DNA from: a plasmid
DNA length: 64,000 nt
Strand: one strand, 5' to 3'
Sequence record: NZ_LR134445.1
Made by a program: the position numbers and the translations under genes. Positions 55,998 to 64,000 of this stretch are shown here, piece by piece. Position 1 is the first letter of the stretch, and each line of letters starts with the position of its first letter. Under the pieces are notes generated by a model, which was given only the letters and a program-made list of their open reading frames with translations, was not told the origin of the DNA and ran no database searches.

Positions 55998-57449
55998 TCA
56001 CTGCCTCCTGACTGTCTTGTCGTACAGCCCCAGCAGGCGATCCTCCGGGTCGTAGCGGGACTTGTACTTCTCCAAGTGGGTTCCGCCGTAGAGCTCGTCG
56101 AATTCGGCGCGCTCGTAGAAGGACTCGGAGTACAGGGACTTGTGTCCACCGAGCTCCGACACCTTCTCCTCGATCAGGCGGTTCGCCCGGCCCTCGATCT
56201 GGCCGGGTTGCTTCGGGACCGCGGACCAGAAACCGACGTTGACGTAGGTCTCGCGGGGTTCCAACGGGTACAGCGGCCACGGGCGGTCCGGATCGGCGCC
56301 GTGCGGCAGCGGCTCGCGCAACCGCAACGGGCACAGCCAGATCGGCTCGATGGGGATCTCGTCCAGGAACCATTCGAGGAAGTCGACGGTCTCGTCGATG
56401 TGCACCTCGATGTCCTGCACCACACGCTCGCCGGGCGGCTCGCCCTTGCGTGCGGACAGCCGGTCGCCGATGTCCCAGCGGCGGTCCAGCGCCACGAGCT
56501 TCCAGTAGAAGCTGCTGCGCAGCAGGTGTTTCGGCCACAGGCGTCGCACCTTCGGGTTCTGCGCGCCGAAGGCGCGCGAGCACCAGAACCAGTCCGTGTC
56601 CCACCGCCACAAGTAGTCGTGCGTGGTGAGGCGGTCGCGCTTCACCCCGTCGTCGTGCTGGATCGACCGGTAGTAGATCGCGCGGTCGGTGTAGTCGCTG
56701 AGCGGCCCCGGTTCGTCGGTCTTACGACCGAGGACGAGGTAGGACTCCGTGGCGGAGAAGACCACCCCGTCGAGGTAGTCGACGGGCTCGCCCTGGTACT
56801 CCCGTGCATCGACGATGGCCGCCATCGACTCCTGCAGGTCGTCGAGCGTGTGGAAGCGCACGTGCCGCAGTTCGACGTACCGCGCGACGGGCTCCAGTTC
56901 GACGGTCAGCCTCGTCGAATAGCCCAGCGTGCCGTACGAATTGGGGAAGCCGAAGAACAGCTCCGCATCGGGCCCGTCGGGGGAGGCCGTCACCACCTCG
57001 CCGCTGCCGGTGAGGATGTCCATGGACAGCACGGCCTCGTGCGGCAGGCCGGCCCGGAAGGAGCTGGATTCGATGCCCATGCCGCTGACGGCGCCCCCGA
57101 GGGTGATGGTCTTGAGCTGGGGCACCACCGTCGGGGCGAGCCCGAAGGGGAGCGTCGCCGCGACCAGGTCCTCGTAGGTGCACATGCCGCCGACATCCGC
57201 GGTGCGGGCCTCGGGGTCGATCGAGATGACCGATGCCAGGCCGGAGACGTCGAGCCCGGGGGCGTCGGTGGCCGCACGGGCGCGGAACAGGTTGGAGGTC
57301 TTCTTGGCCAGGCGGACCCGCGCGTTCGGCGGGATGGCGCGATAGCTGTCGCGCAGCCTCGCGAGGCCCTCCTGGTAGGCGGCTTCGCCTGCGATCGGGA
57401 CCGTCGACGGGGTTCGCGCCGGCGTTACGTTGCGAGCACTCACGATCAC
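55998..57449 (-). CDS. FAD-binding oxidoreductase (PCMH-type FAD domain; BfaA/TmsA-like partner of the methyltransferase)
   Basis: FAD_binding_4-like region (KTITLGGAVSGMGIESSSFRAGLPHEAV). Ends immediately upstream of the methyltransferase start, an operon arrangement. Confidence 0.7.
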   Translation of the reverse strand: MIVSARNVTPARTPSTVPIAGEAAYQEGLARLRDSYRAIPPNARVRLAKKTSNLFRARAATDAPGLDVSGLASVISIDPEARTADVGGMCTYEDLVAATLPFGLAPTVVPQLKTITLGGAVSGMGIESSSFRAGLPHEAVLSMDILTGSGEVVTASPDGPDAELFFGFPNSYGTLGYSTRLTVELEPVARYVELRHVRFHTLDDLQESMAAIVDAREYQGEPVDYLDGVVFSATESYLVLGRKTDEPGPLSDYTDRAIYYRSIQHDDGVKRDRLTTHDYLWRWDTDWFWCSRAFGAQNPKVRRLWPKHLLRSSFYWKLVALDRRWDIGDRLSARKGEPPGERVVQDIEVHIDETVDFLEWFLDEIPIEPIWLCPLRLREPLPHGADPDRPWPLYPLEPRETYVNVGFWSAVPKQPGQIEGRANRLIEEKVSELGGHKSLYSESFYERAEFDELYGGTHLEKYKSRYDPEDRLLGLYDKTVRRQ

Positions 57450-57586
57450 CGACGCTATACCTCTCGGGCGCGACGCGCGCGGGCCGTTACCGATTGGTTA
57501 GGCTGGCATCGAACCCGTCGGCGGTGCCGACACCCAGGCCTCCGACCTCCTCGGGGGCACCGATACTCAGAGGATCGAAGTACGTT

Positions 57587-58034
57587 GGCCCAGGTAACCG
57601 CCACAAAGTCCATCACCATCGCCGCCGCGCCCGAGAAGGTCCTGGCGGCCATCGCGGACTACACCCGCCGCGCCGAGATCCTGCCCCCGAACTACCGCGA
57701 GTACCGCGTGATCGAGGGCGGCCAGGGCTCGGGCACCGTCGCCGAGTGGATCCTGCAGGCCACCGAGAAGCGCTCGCGCGACGTGCGCGCCACCGTCACC
57801 GTCGACGGTGCGACCGTGACCGAGACCGACGCGAACAGCTCGATGGTCACCACGTACCGCGCCGTCGCCGCCGACAGCGCGGGCGACGCGACCACCGCCA
57901 CCATCACCACCACGTGGCAGGGCGCCGGCGGCATCGGCGGCTTCTTCGAGAAGACCTTCGCGCCCAAGGGCCTCGGCCGCATCTACGACGAGCTGCTCAC
58001 CAACCTCAAGGTGCAGGTCGAGTCCAACGGCTAG
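57587..58034 (+). CDS. SRPBCC-family protein (polyketide cyclase/dehydrase-like)
   Basis: About 148 aa. Start uncertain (putative TTG). Bet v1-like motifs. Confidence 0.5.
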
Positions 58035-58182
58035 GCGACCCCGCCGGCACCGCGGCGCGCCCGTCGCGCCGCTGCCGCTACGCGACGGGGTCGACCCGAC
58101 GCGGCTCGTCATCGCCGAGGAGGAGGCCGGGCGCACGCTCGGCGACGTCCTGGAGGCCCGGTTCCCGGGCACCGCGGAGTAC

Positions 58183-59010
58183 GTGGCGCGGGAGAGCGCG
58201 GCCGGGGCCGTCCTGAGCTCCGACGGTGCCCGCCTCGCCCCGTCGACGATCGTGACCGCCCGGCAGGCGGTGTGGATGTACCGCGAGCTGCCCGACGAGA
58301 TCGACGTGCCGTTCGCGATGCCGGTCCTGTACGAGGACGAGCGGATCGTCGTCGTGGACAAGCCGCACTTCCTCGCGACGATGCCGCGCGGCGCGCGCGT
58401 CGTGCAGAGCGCCCTCGTGCGGCTGCGCCGCGAGCTCGGCGAACCGCTGCTCTCGCCCGCGCACCGGCTCGACCGGCTCACCGCCGGCGTGCTGCTGTTC
58501 ACCCGCGACCCGGCGGTGCGCGGCGCCTACCAGCAGCTCTTCGCCACCGGGCGGGCACGCAAGGAGTACGCGGCGCTCGCCCCGCTGCGCGCCGGTCTCG
58601 AGCTGCCGGTGGTCGTGGAGTCCCGCATCGAGAAGACGCCCGGCATCATGCGCGCCTACGAGGTCGACGGCCCGGTGAACGCGCGCTCCCACGTCGAGCT
58701 GGAGGCCGAGGTCCCGGGCGGGCGGGGCGGCACCGTCGGGCGGTACCGGTTGCGCCCGGAGACGGGCAAGACCCACCAGCTCCGCCTGCACATGTCGGGC
58801 CTGGGGGTGCCGATCCTGGGCGACCCGCTGTACCCGGAGCCGCGGGAGTTCGTGGACGGCGACTTCTCCGACCCGCTGCGCCTGCTGGCGCGCACGCTCG
58901 CCTTCGCCGACCCGGTGGACGGCACCGAGCGTGAATACGTGAGCGGGCGGGAACTGGCGGTCGTGAATGCGGCGGCTCCGTGCATCAGCGAGCCGGATGT
59001 GGCTTCGTAG
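58183..59010 (+). CDS. RluA-family pseudouridine synthase
   Basis: Catalytic motif HRLDRLTAGVLLFTRD and the conserved KEYAALA and GKTHQLRLHMSGLGVPILGD blocks. GTG start. The region upstream (GRTLGDVLEARFPG) looks S4-like but no in-frame start was found for it. Confidence 0.85.
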   Translation: MARESAAGAVLSSDGARLAPSTIVTARQAVWMYRELPDEIDVPFAMPVLYEDERIVVVDKPHFLATMPRGARVVQSALVRLRRELGEPLLSPAHRLDRLTAGVLLFTRDPAVRGAYQQLFATGRARKEYAALAPLRAGLELPVVVESRIEKTPGIMRAYEVDGPVNARSHVELEAEVPGGRGGTVGRYRLRPETGKTHQLRLHMSGLGVPILGDPLYPEPREFVDGDFSDPLRLLARTLAFADPVDGTEREYVSGRELAVVNAAAPCISEPDVAS

Positions 59011-59034
59011 CCCCGAATTCGGCAGGTTTCACGA

Positions 59035-59919
59035 CTAGCGCGTCGCAGGAGAGCCCAGGTACGCGGCGAGCCCCGCGGCGATCGCATCGGCGAGCCGCTG
59101 CTGACCGTCGGCGGATTCGAGCATCTTCGCCTCGGTCGCGTCCCGGAGGTTACCCGCCTCGACCAGCACCGACGGCACCGTCGCGAGGTTGAGCCCGGCC
59201 AGGTCGGAGCGCGGGTAGAGGCCGCCCGAGCCGATGTAGGAGGCGGGGGTGAAGCCGCCCGCCACGAGCGCGTCGCGCATCTTCGCGGCGTACGCGGGGC
59301 TCGCGGTCTGTTGCGCGGGGTTGAGCGGCGGCGAGGAGAGATTCACGTGAAACCCTCGGTTACCGGGGGCGGAGCCGTCGGCGTGAATGCTCACGGCGGC
59401 GTCGGCGCCCCACGAGTTGGCGGCCGCTGCGCGGGCGTCGATGCAGGACGCGACCGAGGTGTCGTCGTTGCGGGAGAGCATCACCTGCGCGCCTGCGGCG
59501 GTGAGCGCCTGGTAGAGCTTGTACGCCACGGCGTAGTTGAAGGTGTGCTCGGGCACGCCGTTCACGCTGGTCGTTCCGGTGGTCTGGCAGGGCTTGGTGC
59601 CGCCGCGGCCGGTGGGGACCTGCTTGTTGATCGAGGCGTCGTTCGCGCCGTTGTGGCCGGGATCGACGAAGATCTTCTTCCCGGTCAGCGCGCCTGCGGC
59701 GAGCGGCGCCGCGTTGTTCACGAGGGCGGGCCCGGCGGGCGATAGGCTGGAGGGTGCGGCCGCGTTCCGCTGCTGTCCGGCGTCACCGATGGTGCAGCCG
59801 GACAGGACCAGTGCGGGGAGCATGGTCGCGGCGAGGAGGGTGGAACGGCGGTTCGTCACGGATCGCACTGTACCGCCCCAACCGGCACAGTGGTAACACA
59901 AGTAACACGAATCAGACAT
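59035..59919 (-). CDS. N-acetylmuramoyl-L-alanine amidase (Amidase_3 family, Ami1-like) lipoprotein
   Basis: Lipobox LVLSGC. Amidase_3 zinc-binding motifs (FVDPGHNG; VSIHADG). Start may be internal to the ORF shown. Confidence 0.85.
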   Translation of the reverse strand: MSDSCYLCYHCAGWGGTVRSVTNRRSTLLAATMLPALVLSGCTIGDAGQQRNAAAPSSLSPAGPALVNNAAPLAAGALTGKKIFVDPGHNGANDASINKQVPTGRGGTKPCQTTGTTSVNGVPEHTFNYAVAYKLYQALTAAGAQVMLSRNDDTSVASCIDARAAAANSWGADAAVSIHADGSAPGNRGFHVNLSSPPLNPAQQTASPAYAAKMRDALVAGGFTPASYIGSGGLYPRSDLAGLNLATVPSVLVEAGNLRDATEAKMLESADGQQRLADAIAAGLAAYLGSPATR

Positions 59920-59951
59920 AGCGGGTCACCTGACCGGCGGAGGGAGACGGC

Positions 59952-60260
59952 ATGCAGCCCGGAGGCTCGATGGAAGACCTGATGGCTCAGGTCGGCGCGA
60001 TGCAGCAGCAGCTCATGGCGGCGCAGCAGGAACTCGCGGTGACGACGGTCGAGGGCCAGGCCGGTGGCGGCCTCGTCACGGTCACCGGCACCGGCGACGG
60101 CCAGGTGAAGTCGGTGACCATCGACCCCAAGGTGGTCGACCCGGAGGACGTCGAGACCCTGCAGGACCTGGTCCTGGGTGCGCTCTCGAACCTGGCGGAC
60201 AACACCGCCGCCATCGCGCAGCAGAAGATGGGTCCGCTGGCCGGCGGCCTGCCCTTCTGA
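59952..60260 (+). CDS. ybaB: YbaB/EbfC-family nucleoid-associated protein
   Basis: 102 aa. [11 protein letters not shown]...[19 protein letters not shown] signature. Located upstream of recR. Confidence 0.9.
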   Translation: MQPGGSMEDLMAQVGAMQQQLMAAQQELAVTTVEGQAGGGLVTVTGTGDGQVKSVTIDPKVVDPEDVETLQDLVLGALSNLADNTAAIAQQKMGPLAGGLPF

Positions 60261-60270
60261 CGGTCCGCCC

Positions 60271-60924
60271 GTGTACGAAGGACCCGTTCAGGAGCTGATC
60301 GACGAGTTGGCCAAGCTCCCGGGGGTGGGGCCGCGCGGTGCTCAGCGCATCGCGTTCCACCTCCTGGGGGTGCAGCCCACCGACATCGATCGGCTCACGA
60401 ACGCGCTCACCCGCGTGCGCAACGACGTGCGGTACTGCGAGGTGTGCGGCAACGTCTCCGCCGAGACCCGGTGCCGGATCTGCTCCGATCCGCGCCGCGA
60501 CGCCTCCAAGATCTGCGTGGTCGAGGAGGCCAAGGACGTCCAGGCCGTCGAGCGCACCCGCGAGTACCGCGGCCTCTATCACGTGCTCGGCGGCGCGTTG
60601 AACCCGATCAAATCGGTCGGCCCCGACAAGCTGCGGATCCGTGAGTTGCTCGTCCGCCTCGGCACGTCGGTCGACGGGGTCGACGTCGACGAGGTGATCA
60701 TCGCGACCGACCCGAACACCGAGGGCGAGGCCACAGCGGCCTTCCTCGTGCGGATGCTCAAGGACTTCCCCGGCCTCACCGTCACGCGCCCCGCCGCGGG
60801 CCTGCCGATGGGTGCGGAGCTCGAGTTCGCCGACGAGCTGACCCTCGGCCGCGCCATGAGCGGCCGTCGGTCCCTGTCCGAGCCGCCGCGCGTGCTCGAG
60901 GAGTTCCCGCCCGCGGGCGGGTGA
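60271..60924 (+). CDS. recR: recombination protein RecR
   Basis: GTG start. HhH motif ([17 protein letters not shown]), C4 zinc finger ([16 protein letters not shown]), Toprim domain ([10 protein letters not shown]...[17 protein letters not shown]). Confidence 0.9.
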   Translation: MYEGPVQELIDELAKLPGVGPRGAQRIAFHLLGVQPTDIDRLTNALTRVRNDVRYCEVCGNVSAETRCRICSDPRRDASKICVVEEAKDVQAVERTREYRGLYHVLGGALNPIKSVGPDKLRIRELLVRLGTSVDGVDVDEVIIATDPNTEGEATAAFLVRMLKDFPGLTVTRPAAGLPMGAELEFADELTLGRAMSGRRSLSEPPRVLEEFPPAGG

Positions 60925-60927
60925 GGT

Positions 60928-61476
60928 ATGGAGGCCCCCGAACTGCTGGCCCGGCTGGGCGGCGCCGAGGGCATCGTCGCGATCGACGGTCCGTCCGGCG
61001 CCGGCAAGTCGACGTACGCGCAGCGCCTCGTCGGCGATCTCCGGGCCGACGGTGCCCGCGTCGCCCTGATCCGCACGGACCACTACGCCACCTGGGACGA
61101 CCCGGTCTCGTGGTGGCCGCAGCTCGTCGCCGAGGTGATCGATCCGCTGGTGCGCGGCCGCGACGCCTTCTACCGCCCCATGGTGTGGCGCGACGGCGTA
61201 CCGACTCCCGGGGAGGAGCTGCGGGTGCCGCGCGCCTCGCTCATCGTCGTCGAGGGCGTCTCGAGCGCCCGCCGCTCGTTCGCCGACCGCTTGTCGCTGG
61301 GGCTCTGGCTGGACGGCGGCACCGCCGAGCAGCGGCTCGAGCGGGCCGTCGCGCGCGACGGTGAGGAGTCGCGGGCCGAGCTGGTGCGCTGGCAGGAGTT
61401 CGAGCGCGGCTGGTTCGCGGTCGACGGGACGCGCGAGCGCTGCGTCGTCGTCGAGCCCCGGTCGGTCGGGGCCTAG
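60928..61476 (+). CDS. P-loop NTPase (uridine/nucleoside-kinase-like)
   Basis: Walker A GPSGAGKST and a Walker-B-like LIVVEGV. 182 aa. Confidence 0.6.
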   Translation: MEAPELLARLGGAEGIVAIDGPSGAGKSTYAQRLVGDLRADGARVALIRTDHYATWDDPVSWWPQLVAEVIDPLVRGRDAFYRPMVWRDGVPTPGEELRVPRASLIVVEGVSSARRSFADRLSLGLWLDGGTAEQRLERAVARDGEESRAELVRWQEFERGWFAVDGTRERCVVVEPRSVGA

Positions 61477-61508
61477 AACCTGTCGGTGCCGTGTGGCACC
61501 GTCGGGGC

Positions 61509-62105
61509 ATGGCAGACCCGTCCTACGACGCGGCCCTCAAGGCCGATATTCAGCACTACTTGGATCGGGCGCGCGACGCGCTGCTCTGGAAGGTCGAGGG
61601 TCTCGGCGAGTACGACCTGCGGCGCCCGCTCACGCCCACGGGCACCAACCTCCTAGGCCTGGTCAAGCATTGCGCGATGGTGGACTCCGGCTATCTCGGC
61701 GGCTGCTTCGGCCGGCCGTTCACGCATCCGCACCTCCCCGATCCGGAGTCACCCGATTACGTCCCGGACGACGACCTGTGGGTCCGCGCCGACGAGCCGA
61801 CCGCGGCGATCGTCGACCTGTTCACGCGAGCTCGCGCGCATGCCACCGCGACCCTCACCGAGCTCCCGCTCACCGCGACGGGCGTCGTACCGTGGTGGGG
61901 CGAGCGCGGCCGGGCGGTCACCCTGCACCGGCTCGCGATGCACACCTTCTACGACCTCGACCGGCACGCCAGCCAGGCCGATATCGTCCGCGAGAGCATC
62001 GACGGTGCCGCCGGCCTGCAGCCCGGCAACAGCAACCTCCCCGACGGCGTCGACTGGACCGCGTACCGCGCGAAGGTCGAGGCCGCTGCGCGGGCCGCGG
62101 AATAG
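61509..62105 (+). CDS. DinB/DUF664-family protein
   Basis: Start MADPSYD. Conserved His-containing helices (LVKHCAMVDSGY; TLHRLAMHTFYDLDRHASQADIVRE). Confidence 0.65.
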   Translation: MADPSYDAALKADIQHYLDRARDALLWKVEGLGEYDLRRPLTPTGTNLLGLVKHCAMVDSGYLGGCFGRPFTHPHLPDPESPDYVPDDDLWVRADEPTAAIVDLFTRARAHATATLTELPLTATGVVPWWGERGRAVTLHRLAMHTFYDLDRHASQADIVRESIDGAAGLQPGNSNLPDGVDWTAYRAKVEAAARAAE

Positions 62106-62114
62106 AATCGAGCC

Positions 62115-62603
62115 ATGCGCCTGCGCGACCATCCGATCGTCGAGGTCTCCCGGAAGCTCCCCTGCTCGCCGGAGGAGGCGTGGCGCCTCGTCACGGACAT
62201 CACGCTCCCCACGCGGGCCGAGGGGGAACTGCAGCGCGCCGAATGGCTCGACGGTGCCGACGGCGTCGCAGTCGGCGCGCGGTTCCGCGGCCACAACGCC
62301 GACCCCGAGATCGGCGAGTGGTTCACCGAGCCCGAGGTCACCGAGGTCGAGGACGGGCGGCGTTGGGTCTGGCGGGTGGGTCCGGCCGGTGATCCGTTGG
62401 CCACCTGGGGATTCGAGGTCGAGCCCGCGGAGGGCGGCGCGCTGGTGCGGCAGTGGGCCCGTGCGGGAACGGGGACGTCGCCGCTGAGCGAGTACATCGC
62501 GCAGCACCCGGAGCAGGAGGCGCAGATCATCGACTTCCGCCTCGGCCTCTGGCGCGACTACATGGAGGCCAACCTCGATCTCCTCGCGCGGGAAGTGGGC
62601 TGA
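62115..62603 (+). CDS. SRPBCC-family protein
   Basis: 162 aa. Bet v1-like fold motifs. Stop is 1 nt before the ogt start. Confidence 0.6.
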   Translation: MRLRDHPIVEVSRKLPCSPEEAWRLVTDITLPTRAEGELQRAEWLDGADGVAVGARFRGHNADPEIGEWFTEPEVTEVEDGRRWVWRVGPAGDPLATWGFEVEPAEGGALVRQWARAGTGTSPLSEYIAQHPEQEAQIIDFRLGLWRDYMEANLDLLAREVG

Positions 62604-62604
62604 C

Positions 62605-63129
62605 GTGCCCGCCGGGTTCGCCCTCTTCGACACCGCGGTCGGGCGGTGCGGGATCGCCTGGGGCACCGACGGTGCCGTGACCGCCGTTCGGCTGCCGGAG
62701 GACTCCGACGAGGCCACCGCGCAGCACCTCGGCGGTGGCGAAGCACCCTCCGAACCGCCGGAGTCGGTCGCGCGAGTGATCGCGGCCGTGGTCGCCCTGG
62801 TCTCCGGCGCGAACCTCGACGACGACCTCGCCTGGGTTTCGCTGGACATGCAGGGGCTCACCGATTTTCAGCGCGCCGTGTACGACGTCGCGCGGCGGAT
62901 CCCGCCCGGCTCCACCCGGACCTACGGCGAGATCGCCACGGAGATCGGCCTCCCCGGCTCCGCCCGTGCGGTCGGCCGGGCGTTGGGCGAGAACCCCTTC
63001 CCGCCGGTCGTGCCCTGCCACCGCGTGACCGCGGCGAACGGCCGCACCGGCGGCTTCTCCGCCGGCGGCGGCGTCACCACCAAGATGCGCCTCCTCGCGA
63101 CCGAACAGGCGGTTCTGGGGCTCTGGTGA
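62605..63129 (+). CDS. ogt: methylated-DNA--protein-cysteine methyltransferase
   Basis: Active-site PCHRV. HTH segment RTYGEIATEIGLPGSARAVGRALGENP. GTG start. Confidence 0.85.
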   Translation: MPAGFALFDTAVGRCGIAWGTDGAVTAVRLPEDSDEATAQHLGGGEAPSEPPESVARVIAAVVALVSGANLDDDLAWVSLDMQGLTDFQRAVYDVARRIPPGSTRTYGEIATEIGLPGSARAVGRALGENPFPPVVPCHRVTAANGRTGGFSAGGGVTTKMRLLATEQAVLGLW

Positions 63130-63339
63130 CTACTCCGCGCCTGGCGAGACCACAGTGAGCCCCTCGACCTCGGCTGCGTCGCGAAGGCGCTTGTCGTCCG
63201 TGACGAACGCGCTGATCTGATCGCGGATGCTGATAGCTGACGCCAAATGCTCTCGGGCGAGCACGTCGCTGATGACGGCTTCCAGGAGTTCCACGAGTGC
63301 CCGCTGAACCGGGCAGACGAAGCCATGCGTCGCGCGCAT
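63130..63339 (-). CDS. small ORF resembling the C-terminal half of a PIN/VapC-like domain (possible remnant)
   Basis: 69 aa. ...IRDQISAFVTDDKRLRDAAEVEGLTVV resembles a PIN C-terminal strand-helix. No partner antitoxin and no N-terminal catalytic Asp were seen. Confidence 0.25.
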   Translation of the reverse strand: MRATHGFVCPVQRALVELLEAVISDVLAREHLASAISIRDQISAFVTDDKRLRDAAEVEGLTVVSPGAE

Positions 63340-63411
63340 GGCTTCGCGCGGAGAGACACCTGTTCCGCAGGCCGGGCCGACCGCGCGTGAACCCGGACAG
63401 CCCCGCCGGTC

Positions 63412-64000
63412 CTACTTCCGGAGGCGCTCGCGCCGGAGCAGCTCCACGTCCGGCAGGTCCAACGGCTCCAGCGACCGCCCGGTCGCGCGGGACAGGAGGT
63501 GGTCGGCCAGCTCGGGGTTCCGGGCGAGCGCGGGGCCGTGCATGTACGTGCCGAGCACGCTGCCCTGGACGACACCGTCGACCGGCGAGCCGGCGCCGTT
63601 GCCCGTGCCCCGGACCACGCGCATCAGCGGCGCGGCGTCCGGGCCGAGAGCCGAACCGCCGCGGTGGTTCTCGAAGCCCGTGAGCGGCTGCGTGAGCCCG
63701 TCGACCAGCGGCACGCCCTCGATCTCGCCGATCGAACGGGTGGCCTGGGGAGTGGTGGTGAGGTCGAAGAGCGAGATGCCGTCCACGCGCTCGCCCTCGG
63801 AGGTCTCGTACCAGTGGCCGAGCACCTGGATCGCGGCGCAGATCGCGAGCACCGGCGCGCCCTTCGCCGCGGCCTCCTGCATGCCCGGGTACTGCGTGAG
63901 GTGGCGGGTGGCGAGCCGCTGCGCGTAGTCCTCGGCGCCGCCCAGCGTGTAGATGTCGCACGACGCGGGCACCGGATCGGCCAGCGTGATCGGCAGCACC
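63412..64000 (-). CDS. CobQ/GatD-like type 1 glutamine amidotransferase (lipid II isoglutaminyl synthase GatD homolog), 5'-truncated by the window edge
   Basis: Catalytic Cys in PVLAICAAIQVLG and the conserved YMHGPAL His region. The ORF continues beyond base 64000. Rv3713-like synteny next to recR. Confidence 0.7.
   Translation of the reverse strand, partial: VLPITLADPVPASCDIYTLGGAEDYAQRLATRHLTQYPGMQEAAAKGAPVLAICAAIQVLGHWYETSEGERVDGISLFDLTTTPQATRSIGEIEGVPLVDGLTQPLTGFENHRGGSALGPDAAPLMRVVRGTGNGAGSPVDGVVQGSVLGTYMHGPALARNPELADHLLSRATGRSLEPLDLPDVELLRRERLRK

Overview
This 64-kb window is high-GC DNA (about 70% GC) from a Mycobacteriales-type actinobacterium. It is dense chromosomal coding sequence with no insertion sequences, CRISPR arrays or rRNA. 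The right-hand ~18 kb keeps the backbone order known from M. tuberculosis Rv3713-Rv3723: aspartate aminotransferase, dnaX, methyltransferase/FAD-oxidoreductase pair, amidase, ybaB, recR, GatD-like amidotransferase.

Main content, left to right:
- An envelope/alkaline-shock locus: ECF sigma factor, Asp23/Gls24 paralogs, DUF2273, an AmaP-like membrane anchor and two tandem CsbD genes.
- tRNA-Ser(GCT) and tRNA-Arg(ACG).
- A ketone/ester catabolic module: acyl-CoA synthetase, LAL-type LuxR regulator, esterase and Baeyer-Villiger monooxygenase, divergent from alcohol dehydrogenase, DUF779 and a CMD-family protein.
- A PAP2 phosphatase, a GH25-like muramidase, a protein built from two tandem domains, and a VapBC toxin-antitoxin pair.
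- Aldehyde dehydrogenase with a GAF-domain regulator and a CocE/NonD hydrolase.
- tyrA, tadA and tRNA-Ser(CGA).
- A 4.16-kb single ORF that joins an MmpL (RND) transporter through a disordered linker to a complete Tgt-like domain that lacks the Zn-binding cysteines. It sits next to gluQ (glutamyl-Q tRNA(Asp) synthetase). This is the most unusual feature in the window.
- A WYL regulator divergent from DinB-like, ATP-dependent DNA ligase and LigD-type primase-polymerase genes.
- ArsR plus an SRPBCC protein, a PE-PPE-domain protein, tRNA-Ser(GGA) and a candidate SRP RNA (ffs).
- Glycosyltransferase family 87 (GT87), ThrE and alkaline phosphatase genes, with a 58-bp MIRU-like tandem repeat across the phosphatase stop codon.
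- dnaX, then ybaB-recR, ogt and a partial GatD.

Most other long ORFs in the six-frame track are antisense or out-of-frame artefacts of the GC-rich sequence, many of them Arg-rich.
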